The notes under the pieces are model-generated. The model was not told the DNA's origin and searched no databases. It saw only the letters and a program-made list of their open reading frames with translations. The position numbers and the translations under genes were made by a program. Of a stretch of DNA of 64,000 nt, positions 14,277-27,470 are shown in pieces. Each line of letters begins with the position of its first letter. The stretch's first letter is position 1. This stretch comes from Mobula hypostoma (Eukaryota): contig NC_086097.1 of assembly GCF_963921235.1 (NCBI RefSeq), positions 133,240,001-133,304,000 on the forward strand. The letters run 5' to 3'.

Positions 14277-14605
14277 AATGGCATTGTCGTGCAGCTGGTA
14301 GAGTCACTGCATTACAGTGCCAGAGAACCAGGTTCAGTCCTGCTATTGGCTGCTGTCTGTGTAGAGTTTGCTCATTTTTCTTGTGACTGCACAGGTTGCT
14401 TCCCACATCCCAAAGCCAAGTGAGTTGGTAAGTTAATTGGGTGTTGTAAATTGTCCCTAATGTGTGAAAAAGTGGTAGAATCTGGGGAGAAGTTGATGGG
14501 AATGTGGGGAGGATAAAATACGTGATTAATTTAAGATTGGTATAAATGGGTGGTTGATGGTTTGCATGGATGTAATCGCTGAATGGCCTCTTTCCATGTT
14601 GTGCC
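14277..14605 (+). mobile_element. tRNA-derived V-SINE-like element
   Basis: B-box-like ggttcagtcc, V-domain-like gtctgtgtagagtttgc, CR1-like tail gaatggcctctttccatg. Confidence 0.7.
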
Positions 14606-16569
14606 TTTCTTTATGGTGCTAAAATTCCACCAGACTCTTAGACTGGTCACTGAGTCATTATTAAAAGCTTTTCACTTTTGGACATTGTCTTCCATTTCTT
14701 TACATTACTAGATAAGAAGTTGGAGTTCTGGCAGTGAGTATAAATCTTACCATGGGACAGTAAAACTCTGATAATTCACTATCTAATTGCTTGGACACCC
14801 TGATAGTTTGGCATCTGGCTGATGAGGTGATGTGTCCAATGCTCCCTTTCAGACTCCAGAGATCCTCTTCCCACAATCCTTATTAATTCATTGGGACCCT
14901 GTTCCTATGTCCCCTTTGAACTCACTGGAATCTCTTCACACAATCCTTATAAACTTCCACACTTATAAGCTCACCAGGATCCAGTAAACTTCACACAATC
15001 CAGTTCCTGCACTCCATTTAAACTCACGGGAATTTGCTTCTGGCCTAGTTCAACTCACCCATATTTGAAAATGATGAATTTGAATTGTGTTGGGGCGTTA
15101 CTAGGAATAACATCTAATCTGGAAAATCAGGTCCCAAGATGCTAATTTATCAGGGTTTAACTGCAGTTTTTAAATTTGAAATTGGTTTCAAAAGCAGTAG
15201 ATCTACAGAGATTGCTGTAAAAGACCAGTGGTCTATGTAAGATGCCTTGCATGAAAGGAAACCTATTGACTTTACCATATCTGGTTTATGTAACTTCAAG
15301 CCTTATGATTACAAGAAAATACTTGCTCAATGAGATATTTCTGATGAATCAAAGGTGTTCAGAAAGGTCATTCAAGACCAGCTCTTGGGGGAAACTTGCA
15401 AAGCCACAGCAATAAATGTTGGCCTTGCAAATGACGCCCAAATCAAGTCTCAGGATCTAGTTCGGCCAGGCACACATCACTGTGCTGGGATACCTGATCC
15501 TCTTTGCATTTCTTGAGCACTTTATCTTAATGTAGTGAGCTGCCCCAAGACACCAAATTGTAAGCAAGATGTGTAAGTGAGACATGCAGTAGACCTTAAG
15601 AATTGTCTTGAAGGAGAAAGAGAGAGATGATTTTGGGATGGGAATGCAATATTTAAAAAAAATCCAGTCTTTCAGTTTAATTCAGGATATCAACATCACG
15701 GGCAATGCCGGATTTGTTGTCCATTCCTAACTTCCCCCAAACTGACAAGCTGAGTGGGCAATTAAAAATCTACCTCACTGGTAGGCCAGAGGTACAGAGG
15801 AGGTAAGAATGGCTGGTTTCCACTCAGAGACATTAGAAAGTCAATGGGCTTTTACAGTTATCTGTAATTTCATGGTTCCCTTCAGTGACTCAAGCTTTTG
15901 TTTTTTAAAAAAAAATCCAGATCTACTTAATTCCATGAATGTAAATTTCCCAGCTACAACAATGAGATTTAAACTCCTGAGTCTGGATGGCTTAGTTCTA
16001 ACCTCTGATCATTCTCCAATAACTAAATCACCACACTCACCTACCATGTCCCACTGCACTGTTCAACAGCTGCGAACATCTTTCAATCCTTCAAATTAAA
16101 TTTACAATTAATCTCCTCCTCCCCCGTTAATTCTTTGGTCCAACATTTCCCAGCATCGGGGTTTAATTCAGTTATCCCATGCTTACTTCGATATTTCTGT
16201 GTATGATCATCTACAACAAAAATAAACCCCAGAACAGAGATTTATTTTAGTATCAGAAGCCTAGCAACAGAGAATATTGTCATGACAACATATTGAGATA
16301 ATTTGGTGAACTAAGCTCACAGAGAACTTATCCTTGTTTTGTCCTTTGCAATTGTTGTCTTAACATTCACAAAGGATGTATTTTATGTCTACTGAATCCA
16401 TTCTTCAGAGGCAAAGAACATGTATAAAATTGGTATGTGTTTTCCTGGTATTAGTAAGCCAAAATGATGGTGTCATCTCACAGTAACATTTAAAATGTTT
16501 TTTTTCCAAGATACTTTCCTCACTATTTTCATCCAGCAATATATGTAAAGTTGTAAGTAAATTATAAGT

Positions 16570-16982
16570 TTGTTTTCTCTGGAGCTGTGGAATCTAAGGA
16601 GAGATGTGATAGAAGTCTATAAACCTGAGAGGCATAGAGTAGAAGGCTAGCATCTTTATCCCAAGGGGAACGTCTAATACTAGAGGGTACATATTTAAGG
16701 TGAGAGAGTGAAATTTCGTAGGAGATGGGGCATTTTTTTCCTTTTTTTTTACACAGTGAATGTCTGGAATGCGTTGCCAGGTGTGTTGGGGGCAAATACA
16801 ATAAAGGAGTCTAAGAGAATCTTGGGTGCAGGAAGTGCAGAGAACAAAGGAATATAGACATCATGCAGGCAGAGGGGACTAGTTTGGTTAGGTGTTTAAT
16901 TGCTAGTTTTAATCAATGCAGCAGAATGTGCTGGGTCCAAGGGCCTGTTTCTGTGTTGTGCTGTACTGTTCTATGTTCTATG
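16570..16982 (+). mobile_element. Old CR1 3' fragment
   Basis: Tail gggcctgtttctgtgttgtgctgtactgttctatgttctatg. Confidence 0.7.
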
Positions 16983-19353
16983 CTTTGAGCAGCATCTGAC
17001 TGCCTTTACCCCCTTTCATCCACAGGCTTTCCTTCCCACCCCACCCCGCCTGCACCTCCTTGCACAGGGTTCTTGGTGGTCTAACTGTCCAAATCATTAT
17101 AATGCTGTATGAGATCATTGTTAACCAAAACCACATAATCATAGCAGTTTTATAATAGAGGGAAAAACATTTGATCTACACTAACTGAAAAGGAACAAAC
17201 TACAGAGATAATCCCACCCCTCAATCCATGCACCAACAGGTTGAACCATATGAGGTGATCATCAGGTATCACTTACATCTGGGCTCTCCACCTACCATAA
17301 GACATAGGGGCAGAATAAGGCCATTCAGCCCATCGAGTCTGCTCTGCCATTCCATCATGGCTGATCCTGGATTGCACTCAACCCCCATACACCTGCCTTC
17401 TCACCATTGATGCCCTGATCGGTCAGGAAATAATCATCTTCCACCTTAAATATACCCACTCTGTGGCAGAGCATTCCACAGATTCACCACTCTCCATTTA
17501 AAAAAAAATTCCCCCTCACTTTCAAGCTGTGAATCTCAGTCCACCTTTGAGTTTTAAGGTGAAAATACCCTCTAAATAATATTTCTATAAATCTGTGTTC
17601 TCCTTGTTGTCCTCTGAGCTAAAGGTGTTGTCCTTTCTCTCCAGCTGTCCAGGCCTTGGCATTTTATGCCCTTCATTAAATCTCTTCACAGTCTCGCAGG
17701 CAAGATTGGTTTTAAAAACTTAGGCACTGGAAATGAAATGGTATGTTGGCCTGAATTAGAAGATGGTTTAAGTACAAGGGAAGTCAAACTGCGGTTAAAA
17801 AGCCTTGCTGAGACTACACCTAGAACAAGGATGGATGTACAGCGAGAGAGGGAATGTTTATATTCATGAGCAAGTATTTTCCACAGAAAGTGGTCAGTGT
17901 CTCGAAGCAGATACCCTAGCAATGTTTAAGAGGCATTTAGACAAACACTTGAACAGGAAGGGAATGGACAGATAGAGAATATATGCAGGCAGATATGCAG
18001 TTTAAGTTGAGATTGTGTTTAGCACAGAACAGGAACAGAAACAGCCTCCTCAGCCCATGACATCTATGTTCCACTGTATGTTTGATACCTGTAAGAGATG
18101 GAGCCCAACAAACATTCAATATATTGATTCTTGAGATGCAGTATTCCCCTTTGAATACAGATGAGGCAAACTGTCTCTGTACTCCAGGATTTAGAGGAAT
18201 GAGAAATACCATTATTGAAATGTGTAAGTTCCTGCAGGCTGTGATGGACTATATGTGAAGCTAAAGTTTCCTCTGGCTGGGGTGTCTAGAACCAGGAGCC
18301 ACAGGCTCAGAGTAGAGCATCAGCCATCTAGGTCTGAGATGAGAAGAAATTCCTCCAAGAGGAAAACAAGAGGTCAGCCATTCCAAGTAGAAATGAAAAG
18401 ATATTCACTCATCTCTGAAATTCTCTACACAAAAACTGCTTACTGATTGTAGTGAACTTCCATTAAGATGCTCTGAGAATTTCCTGATGCGAGGTGGTGG
18501 AAGTGGACAAATGTTCAATTTAGGCTTAAGCCTACCGGAGTCTGAGAGAGCAACCCAAGAGAGCATCACCACCCAAGAATGGGCAACTCTGCTTAACAAA
18601 ACCATTCACTCATAGTGTAGTCACCTGGTGAGTCACTGTGCGACGAATCAGAATCGAGTTTATAATCATTGTCTTATATGATATGAAAATTTGTTGCTTT
18701 CAACAGTAGTGCAATGTAAAGGCATAAAATTTCTATAAGTTACAAAATAAATATAGAGTGTATAGAAAGGGAATATTGACCGTGGGTCTTTCGCATCCTG
18801 TACCTTCTCCCAGATGGCAGTAATGAGAAGCAGGCATGTCCCAGATGGTGGGGGTCTTCAGTGATAAATGCTGCCACCTTGAGTCTCTGATTCTTCAAGA
18901 TGCCCTTCATGGTGGGGAGGGTTGTGCCCATGTGGAACAGGCTAGGTCCACAACCCTCTGCAGCCTCTTGTGATATGTGCATGTAATTCCAGACATTGTT
19001 AACGAGCTACACATGCATTCCACAAGTTTCTGAGTGAATGAAGGAGTATGGAGTTTGGCCTTGATTGGCAATTAAGCAAAGCAGGCTTTCCTGCATGCGT
19101 CCCACGACCAGAAATTGAAACGTCTCATGTTGCCAGCAGGCTCTTGGTATATTGGTGTTGGTTTATTATTGTCACATGTACTAGGATACAGTGAAAAGCT
19201 TTTGTCTATGTACTATCCAGATAGTTCGTTCCATACATAAGTGCATTGAGGTAGTAAAAAGAAAAACGATGCAGAATTGTCATTCTCATTCAGAGTAACC
19301 CCCTTGCTCCTGAACTCTTTATCCCACTTAGTGTTGCCAGTAAAAGATTTTTT

Positions 19354-20765
19354 TCACAAGATCACAAGACAAAGGAGCAGAAGTAGGCCATTCGACCCAT
19401 CGAGTCTGCTCCACAGCTCCCCCATGAGCTGAACTATTCACCCATCTAGTTCCAATTTCCGGCTTTTTCCCTATATCCCTTGATACCCTGACTAATTAGA
19501 TACCTGTCAATCTCCTCCTTAAACACCCTCAATGATCGGGCCTCCACAGCCATATGTGGCAATGAATTCCACAAATCCACGACCCTCTGGCTAAAAAAAT
19601 TTCTCCTCATCTCTGTTTTAACTGGGTACCCTCTAATTCTAAGACTATGGCCTCTTGTCCTGGACTCACCCACCAAGGGAAACAACCTTTCCACATCTAC
19701 TCTGTCCAACCCTTTCAACATTCAAAATGTTTCTATGAGATCCCCTCTCATTCTTCTATACTCTAGTGAATACAGCCTAAGAGCCGACAAACGCTCCTCA
19801 TATGTTAGCCCCTGCATTCCAGGAATCATCCTCGTAAATCTTCTCTGAACTCTCTCCAACATCAGTACATCCTTTCTAAGATAGGGGGCCCAAAACTGCA
19901 CACAATATTCCAAATGAGGTCTCACTAATGCCTCATAGAGCCTCATCAAAACCTCCTTACTCTTATACACTATTCCTCTTGAAATGAATGCCAACATAGC
20001 ATTCGCTTTCCTTACCGCCAATCCAACTTTAGGGTATCCTGCACGAGGACCCCCAAGTCCCTTTGCACTTCCAATTTTTGAATTTTCTCCCCATCTAAAT
20101 AATAATCTGCCCAATTATTTCTTCTTCCAAAATGTACAACCGTACATTTGTCAACGTTGTATCTCATCTGCCATTTCTTTGCCCACTCTCCTAAACCAAC
20201 TAAGTATCTCTGCAACCTTTCCGTTTCGTCAACATTTCCTGCTCCTCCACCTATCTTGGTGTCATCCGCAAACTTAGCCACAAAACCATTTAATCCAAAA
20301 TCCAAATCATCGATGTACATCGTAAAAAGACGTGGCCCCAACACCAACCCCTGCGGAACACCGGCAACCAATCAGAATAGGATCCCTTTATTCCCACCCT
20401 TTGCTTTCTGCCTATCAGCCAATGCTCCACCCATTTCAATATCTTTCCTGTAATTCCATGGGCTCTCATCTTATTAAGCAGCCTTTTACGCGGCACCTTC
20501 TTGAAGGCCTTTTGAAAATCCAAATACACAACATCCACAGCCTCTCCCTTGTCAATCTTATTCGAGATTACCTCAAAAAATTCCAATAGGTTGGTGAGGC
20601 AGGATCTTCCCTTCATGAAACCATGCAAAGATTCGGCCTAGCTTGTCATGCACCTCGAGGTATTTCATAAACTCGTCCTTGAGGATTGACTCCAATATCT
20701 TTCCAACTACCAATGTCAGACTAATAGGTCTGTAATTTTCTTTTTGCTGCCTCCTTCCTTTCTTC
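19354..20765 (-). mobile_element. CR1 LINE (family B), 5'-truncated, with small internal deletions
   Basis: HGFMKGRSCLTNLLEFFE, DFQKAF, FADDTK and LVRPHLEYC ORFs; distinct tail gtcttgtgatcttgtga. Confidence 0.93.
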
Positions 20766-21057
20766 CTTTTTTAAATGTTTATATTTTCAAACATTATTGA
20801 AATGTCAATCTGGAATGTTAATACTGTTACAATTAGTGCAAAACTGACAGATTCAGTGAGAATTTTTTTTAATTTTTACTACTTGTATCTGCTATACTAA
20901 ATGACTTTTGTTCAAAATTCACATTGGCATTTACACAATTGTAAACATGGTGAGTGATTAACGTAAGATAGAATGGTGATTAGTTACTTGTTTGATTCTT
21001 CAAAATTCCAGTTGCATTTCAGTATCCTTTAACACAAAGAGACTGTATGTGTTTCAG

Positions 21058-21162
21058 GAACCGGCAAGGGGTGTGTTAATGGCCCCCACTATGCACAAGG
21101 CACATCATGGAGCAGGAAGGCAGAGTGACGATAGCGCTGTTGTCCACTTCTTTAAGAACATG
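21058..21162 (+). CDS. MBP: Myelin basic protein coding exon (classic exon 3 equivalent), [35 protein letters not shown]
   Basis: Contains the hallmark MBP motif VVHFFKN; acceptor tgtgtttcag| and donor |gtgaga; 105 nt, phase 0/0. Confidence 0.96.
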
Positions 21163-21891
21163 GTGAGATCTTGTTGGTGTTTTTAGTTGGGCAGGGGATT
21201 GTCTCCTATCTTCAAGCCACAATGTTGATTATCTATCAAGAGAAGTGTTAATAACTTGGACGTGATTTATGTCTCCATTGCAGCCAGTGATTAAGACCAA
21301 ATGAAAGCTGCAGATTACAAGGTGTTAGGAACTAGGAAGGCTGCCCAACCCATCCCAGCCTACCTTTTCACAATTGTTCCCACTATTTACTTTCCAAGCA
21401 ACTGCAGTAATTCAGGGGCACTACTCAGGAAAAAGATTATGCTAAGTGCTATATCCATCCTTTGTGAAATGGACTGTCTTTACCTCAACATCAGAAAAAT
21501 TCATCTATTGCCATAAGCACGTTATACTGTTTACAAATCTGAATCAGAGACAAACCCATGTGTATGACAACTTACAATCAATGGTACATGTGGTCCTTCC
21601 CTAACTACTTCCTCCTCACTGTCCAGCAGTCTGTAAATGTTACCCATCCAGTTCACACCATTGTCGCCCGAAAGGCCCCCACATTCAACTATCCTATTAA
21701 AGGTGTTAGAAGAAATTACCTTTTACTCTTGAAAACTACATCCCCTGTTGCTCTGCTGCAAGCTACTCTGTTTAAGCTTGCTCTTCTAAATGTGAGATCC
21801 CTTTCCAATAAGACTTCTATCTTAAGTGATTTTATTGCTTCTACAGTCCTTGATTTTATGTTCTTATCTGAGACCTGGTTAAAGTCAAATG

Positions 21892-23072
21892 AAGGCTTTT
21901 GACAAGGTCCCACACAGGAGATTAGTGTGCAAACTTAAAGCACACGGTATTGGGGGTAAGGTATTGATGTGGATAGAGAATTGGTTAGCAGACAGGAAGC
22001 AAAGAGTGGGAATAAACGGGACCTTTTCAGAATGGCAGGCGGTGACTAGTGGGGTACCACAAGGCTCAGTGCTGGGACCCCAGTTGTTTACAATATATAT
22101 TAATAACTTGGATGAGAGAATTAAATGCAGCATCTCCAAGTTTGCGGATGACACGAAGCTGGGCGGCAGTGTTAGCTGTGAGGAGGATGCTAAGAGGATG
22201 CAGGGTGACTTGGATAGGTTGGGTGAGTAGGCAAATTCATGGCAGATGCAATTTAATGTGGATAAATGTGAAGTTATCCATTTTGGTGGCAAAAATAGGA
22301 AAACAGATTATTATCTGAATGGTGGCCGATTAGGAAAAGGGGAGGTGCAACGAGACCTGGGTGTCATTATACACCAGTTATTGAAAGTGGGCATGCAGGT
22401 ACAGCAGGCGGTGAAAAAGGCGAATGGTATGCTGGCATTTATAGCGAGAGGATTCGAGTACAGGAGCAGGGAGGTACTACTGCAGTTGTACAAGGCCTTG
22501 GTGAGACCACACCTGGAGTATTGTGTGCAGTTTTGGTCCCCTAATCTGAGGAAAGACATCCTTGCCATAGAGGGAGTACAAAGAAGGTTCCACCAGATTG
22601 ACTCCTGGGATGGCAGGACTTTCATATGAAGAAAGACTGGATGAACTCGGCTTGTACTCGTTGGAATTTAGAAGATTGAGGGGGGATCTGATTGAAACGT
22701 ATAAAATCCTAAAGGGATTGGACAGGCTAGATGCAGGAAGATTGCTCCTGATGTTGGGGAAGTCCAGAACGAGGGGTCACAGTTTAAGGATAGAGGGGAA
22801 GCCTTTTAGGACTGAGATTAGGAAAAACTTCTTCACACAGAGAGTGGTGAATCTGTGGAATTCTCTGCCACAGGAAACAGTTGAGGCCAGTTCATTGGCT
22901 ATATTTAAGAGGGAGTTAGATATGGCCCCTGTGGCTACGGGGATCAGGGGGTATGGAGGGAAGGCTGGTGCAGGGTTCTGAGTTGGATGATCAGCCATGA
23001 TCATAATAAATGGTGGTGCAGGCTCGAAGGGCCGAATGGCCTACTCCTGCACCTATTTTCTATGTTTCTATG
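21892..23072 (+). mobile_element. Young 5'-truncated CR1 (family A) inserted in L2
   Basis: RT from KAFDKV through FADDTK to the tail; premature TAG and a frameshift; atgaa at both junctions. Confidence 0.95.
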
Positions 23073-24020
23073 AATACAGATAGTTATCTGAACTGTGTCT
23101 GCCTTACTATGACAGTTGTTTGCCAATATGTTTAAAAAGCATTTTAGCTGCAATCTATTCTCTGTCAACAAATTTTCAAGTTTTGTGGTACATACTGTAT
23201 GTTTAAAATTTGCAGTACGGATCCTGTCCTCTGCATTAGCATTTATCGTCCTCCTAAATCCAATGCCTTGTTTCTCTTGGAATTCTCAGAATTCTTATCC
23301 TCTGTTAGGTTGAACAATGACAAGATTCTCATCTCTGGTGATTTCAGTATTGAAATTAATGATCTCTCAAATGCGAACTCTATGGCAGCTTGAATTCATG
23401 AGTTTACTAGACAACCTAGATCTCACCTAGCATGTCTCTGAGGTCACCCATTGACTTGGAATAACACATGATTTAGTAATGACAAAAGGGTTAAATATTA
23501 TTATTGGCCCTCTGATGCCAACATCTCTGATCACTTTTGTGTACTTTTTGATGTCCTCCTACCCGGCACCAAGACAAGGAAAGAAACTACAGTTTAAGAA
23601 GAACGGTTTCTTCATACTGCAACACAACTTATGTTTGTTGAGCTGGCTAGTTTATCAGACCCATGTGACCCAAACTGCTCAGTAAATAAAATGACCGATT
23701 CTTTCAACAATAACTTGACAAATATATTAAACGCAGTGGCCCCACTTAGTGTTAAAAAGAAATTACTCAGTAAAATGTCTCCATGGTTAAACAATTCTGT
23801 CCATGGACTCGAGATCATGCAGAGTAGCTGAGGGAAAATGAGGAAAACTGGACTGGAATCCACCATAATATTTTCAAGGAAAATTTTGGCCCCTTTAATG
23901 CTGCTACATGCTCTGTAAGAAGAGCTCATTTTCCCAAGATTATTACAGAGAATAATGGCGATTAAAGAATATTGTTGTCAACTATAAACTGACTGTTGAG
24001 CCCTGCCTCAACCTATAAAC

Positions 24021-24850
24021 AGAATCAGGTTTATTATCACCAGCATGTGACATGAAATTTGTTAACTTAGCAGCAGCAGTTCAATGCAATACATAATACA
24101 GAACAAAAAAAAAAATCAATTACAGTATACGTATATTGAATAGATTAAAATCATGCAAAAAACAGAAATAATATATATTAAAAATATGAGGTAGTGTCCA
24201 TCGGTTCAAGGTCCATTTAGCAATCGGATGGCAGAGAGGAAGAAGCTGTTCCTGAATCATTAAGTGTGTGCCTTCAGGCTTCTGTACCTCCTACCTGATG
24301 GTAATAGTGAGAAAAGGGCATGCCCTGGGTGCCGGAGGCCCTTAATAATGGACGCTGCCTTTCTGAGACACCACTACTTGAAGATGTCCTGGGTACTTTG
24401 TAGGCTAGCACCCAAGATGGTACCAACTAAACTTACAACCCTCTGCAGCTTTTTTTTTTTTTTGCAGTAGCCCCCCCCCCCCCATACCAGACAGTGATGT
24501 ACCCTGTCAGAATGCTCTCCACGGTACAACTATAGAAGTTTTTGAGCATATTTGTTGACATACCAAATCTCATCAAACTCCTAATAAAGTGTAACAAATG
24601 CCTTGCCTTCTTTATAACTGCATCAATATGTGGGACCAGGCTAGATCCTCAGAAATCTTGACACCCAGGAACTTGAAACTGCTCACTCTCTCCACTTCCC
24701 TCTGAGGACTAGTATGTGTTCCTTTGTCTTGCCCTTCTGGAGTCCACAATTACCTCTTTCATCTTACAGACATTGAGTGCCAGGTTGTTGCTGTGACACC
24801 ACTCCACTAGTTGGCATATCTTGCTCCTGTATGCCCTCTCCTCACCACCT
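24021..24850 (-). mobile_element. Rex1/Babar-like LINE 3' portion inserted in L2
   Basis: Reverse complement of the 58080-58885 region; tail aataaacctgattctg. Confidence 0.85.
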
Positions 24851-26005
24851 CATTGTCCTCATTCAAGCGTCTGCCACAAAATATAAGGGATTTGCAATAT
24901 TTTTTTAATCAACAAAATTACTTCCATTAGGGAGAGTATAGCTACAGATACTGATAACATCTACAGCCAACTCTCAGAAAGACAGCAACAATGTCCAAAT
25001 TTACAAGTTTTTTCTGATTCAGAACTCTATATGAATGTAACAAAGAGGAAACCATCTACTTGCTGTCTCAACTCTGTGTCTACCACACTTTTGAAGGACA
25101 CCTTTAATAGTGTTTTCAATTCTGTTAGGAAAATTATTAACACATCCCTTGAAACGGGAGTTTTCCCAGATGCCTTTATAACCGTGGCTGTCAAACCCCT
25201 ACTTAAAAAGCCAAACCTTGATAGTGAGGTATGAGCAGGTCTATATCAAATCTTCCTTTCCTGGGCATGAATCTTGAGAAAGTCATTATCAACTAATTCA
25301 TCAACTTTCTGAATAAGAACAATATTCTAGAATAGTTTCAGTCAGATTTTAGAGCAAACCACAGCATGGAGCCAGCCCTTACCAAAATTGTCAGCAACCT
25401 TAGGCTCAGTACTGATGCCAACATATCTCATATCTTAGGCAAATGCTGCCTTTGACACAATTGACCACAACATCCTCTAGATCACCTGGAGAACTGGGTT
25501 GGCCCCTCTGATAGTGCCCCTAATTTGTTTCATTCATTTATCATGGAGAGAATTATTTTTTGTCTGTCTTGGAGACCATTTTTCTAAGAGATGCCTTTTA
25601 GTGTTGCTCAGGGAAACTGCCTTGGTGCCCTACTTTTCTGCTTATACATGTTGATGTAGATGGGACTTCAGTTTTGATCGTATCTAAACAATTCTTTTTG
25701 TACTATATTTGGCACCGATTCATTTCTAGGCTCTCAATCTGCTCTGTCATTTGATCTTGGCTGATACCCCCACCTCCCCCCCCCCACCCCATTCTCCTAC
25801 CTTTTCCAGAAACCTTTGACTCTCTTGCTAATCAAGAACCTGGTGCAGCTTTGGATATAACAGGGCAAGGATTCCAGTGCCCAAAAAGTATTTTAATAAA
25901 GAGAAACTGCATGATTTGCTAAGTGAACACAAAGAAATTTCACCACTGTGTGGTACAACATGTTTATCTCAAATACAACTCCATTACTCTTCTATTTCTT
26001 TGCAG

Positions 26006-26038
26006 ATGTCACCAAAGAAGGCACCCAAGCAACAGAAG
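26006..26038 (+). CDS. MBP: MBP coding exon (exon 4 equivalent), MSPKKAPKQQK
   Basis: Acceptor tctatttctttgcag| and donor |gtaaat; 33 nt, in frame; resembles elasmobranch MBP as recalled (SPKKAPxQQK). Confidence 0.93.
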
Positions 26039-26758
26039 GTAAATGGTCTCTTTCTCCCTCTGTGTCTAGGGTTGGGTTTATGTAGATTGTGACAGGACCA
26101 GAAACCAAGGCGTCCCTTTCCTCTTAAGGTCGAGAAAGAACTTTGGGTTTAAGCAGCTGTCTTCATTGGCTAAAGGTGTGCAGGAAAGTAAAGCACAGGA
26201 GAATGATGTGCATGAGTGTGCAGCAGCCATTTTGAATATAGCAAGATCCCACCTACAATAATGAAAGAAATAACCAATAAGTTTTTTTTTAAAAAATCAT
26301 CTAGGAAAAGCTTCCTGCAGCTTAGCAAGAATGCCCTTGCTCTTTCTTGAATAGTGTCATTATTTTTAACTCAAGCAAGGAAGGCAGCGAGGCCTTGGTT
26401 TCCCATCTCATATGAAAGCAACTCCCTCAGTGCCCAACCAGGAGCATCAGCCTGAAGTGGCTAGAGGAGGACTTGAACTGAAAGCTATTGTCTCAGAGGC
26501 AAGAGTGCTGTCCACAGAGCAGGAGCTGATCTCCCACAAGGGCAATGTTCTGCAATACTGATATCTGGGTTTGCGATGAACACCAGTGGCCAAATTTATA
26601 GTTGATGGTCACTCAGTACCCTATGTTAAAGTCCCTCATTGGTCTGACAGCTCGGGTAGTTTTGATTGTATTCTGTACCTTTATTGTTATGGGAGTTACA
26701 GTATGTCTCCATTTGTCTTTGGTGATTATCATGGCACCTTTTCTCATCACTACTACAG

Positions 26759-26800
26759 GGAAAGTTCGGAGCAAGTAGAGCTATCACTAAATTTATTTGG
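26759..26800 (+). CDS. MBP: MBP coding exon (exon 5 equivalent), GKFGASRAITKFIW
   Basis: Acceptor tactacag| and donor |gtaagg; 42 nt, phase 0; ends in the conserved MBP Trp (mammalian SRFSW). Confidence 0.93.
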
Positions 26801-27470
26801 GTAAGGTGTAAGATCTGCATTTGCTGCTGCAAGCATAATAGTTACAATGGCTAACAATAATCCATCACCTGAACTGTGCTGCCAGCTTTATAGTTAGACA
26901 TTTCGGATCATTTCATCATCCAGTGACTGATGGAACCTCATGATAAACTTCATTCCCATACGTGGCTAACTCCATCGGCAGGAACTGGGAGCGGTTTGGC
27001 ACAGTGTATAATGGTGCTTTGTAGCACAGTGTTTCCAAGTTCATGTTTCCACAGGGCAATGACGTTGAATGGCATATTTATAAAGGATAACTGCTTGGTT
27101 ATCCGATGGCCCCAAGTAAGACACAAGTATATCATTAACATCTTTATCTTTGTGATGTGATAGTTACTAATAAGGTAATGTGGAGCTTGAAAATGATTAT
27201 TTCACCATAACCCCACTTGGGAGAGCTCTCTGTGGAGATGAGTAACATTTGTTGCTTCAGCCTGTGTCAGAGGATAAATTAATCAAGCATTTCCTACAAT
27301 TATTATGCTTTTGTCCAGATGCAAATTTAGTGCATTTTGTAAGCCAAAATCATTGTCCTGCAGAAGAGTCATGGCCCAAAACATCAGCAGTTCATTTCAC
27401 TCCATAGATGCTGCGTTCCTCCTGATATTTGTGTGTGTGTAGTTCTCTTGTGTCTCAATTAATGAAAATA

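Larger units (their letters stand above)
21740..25640 (+). mobile_element. Decayed L2-clade LINE hosting nested CR1 and Rex1 insertions
   Basis: LALLNVRSLSNK...[16 protein letters not shown]...ISGDF, SPWLN and IINTSLETGVFP...VKPLLKKPNLD are typical of L2 ORF2; colinear across the insertions. Confidence 0.85.

Noticed and set aside
1..21057. MBP first exon or Golli exons
   Set aside because: No sequence encoding the expected N-terminus was recognised; the acceptor-like site at ~10495 gives no MBP-like peptide. A small exon could have been missed by eye.
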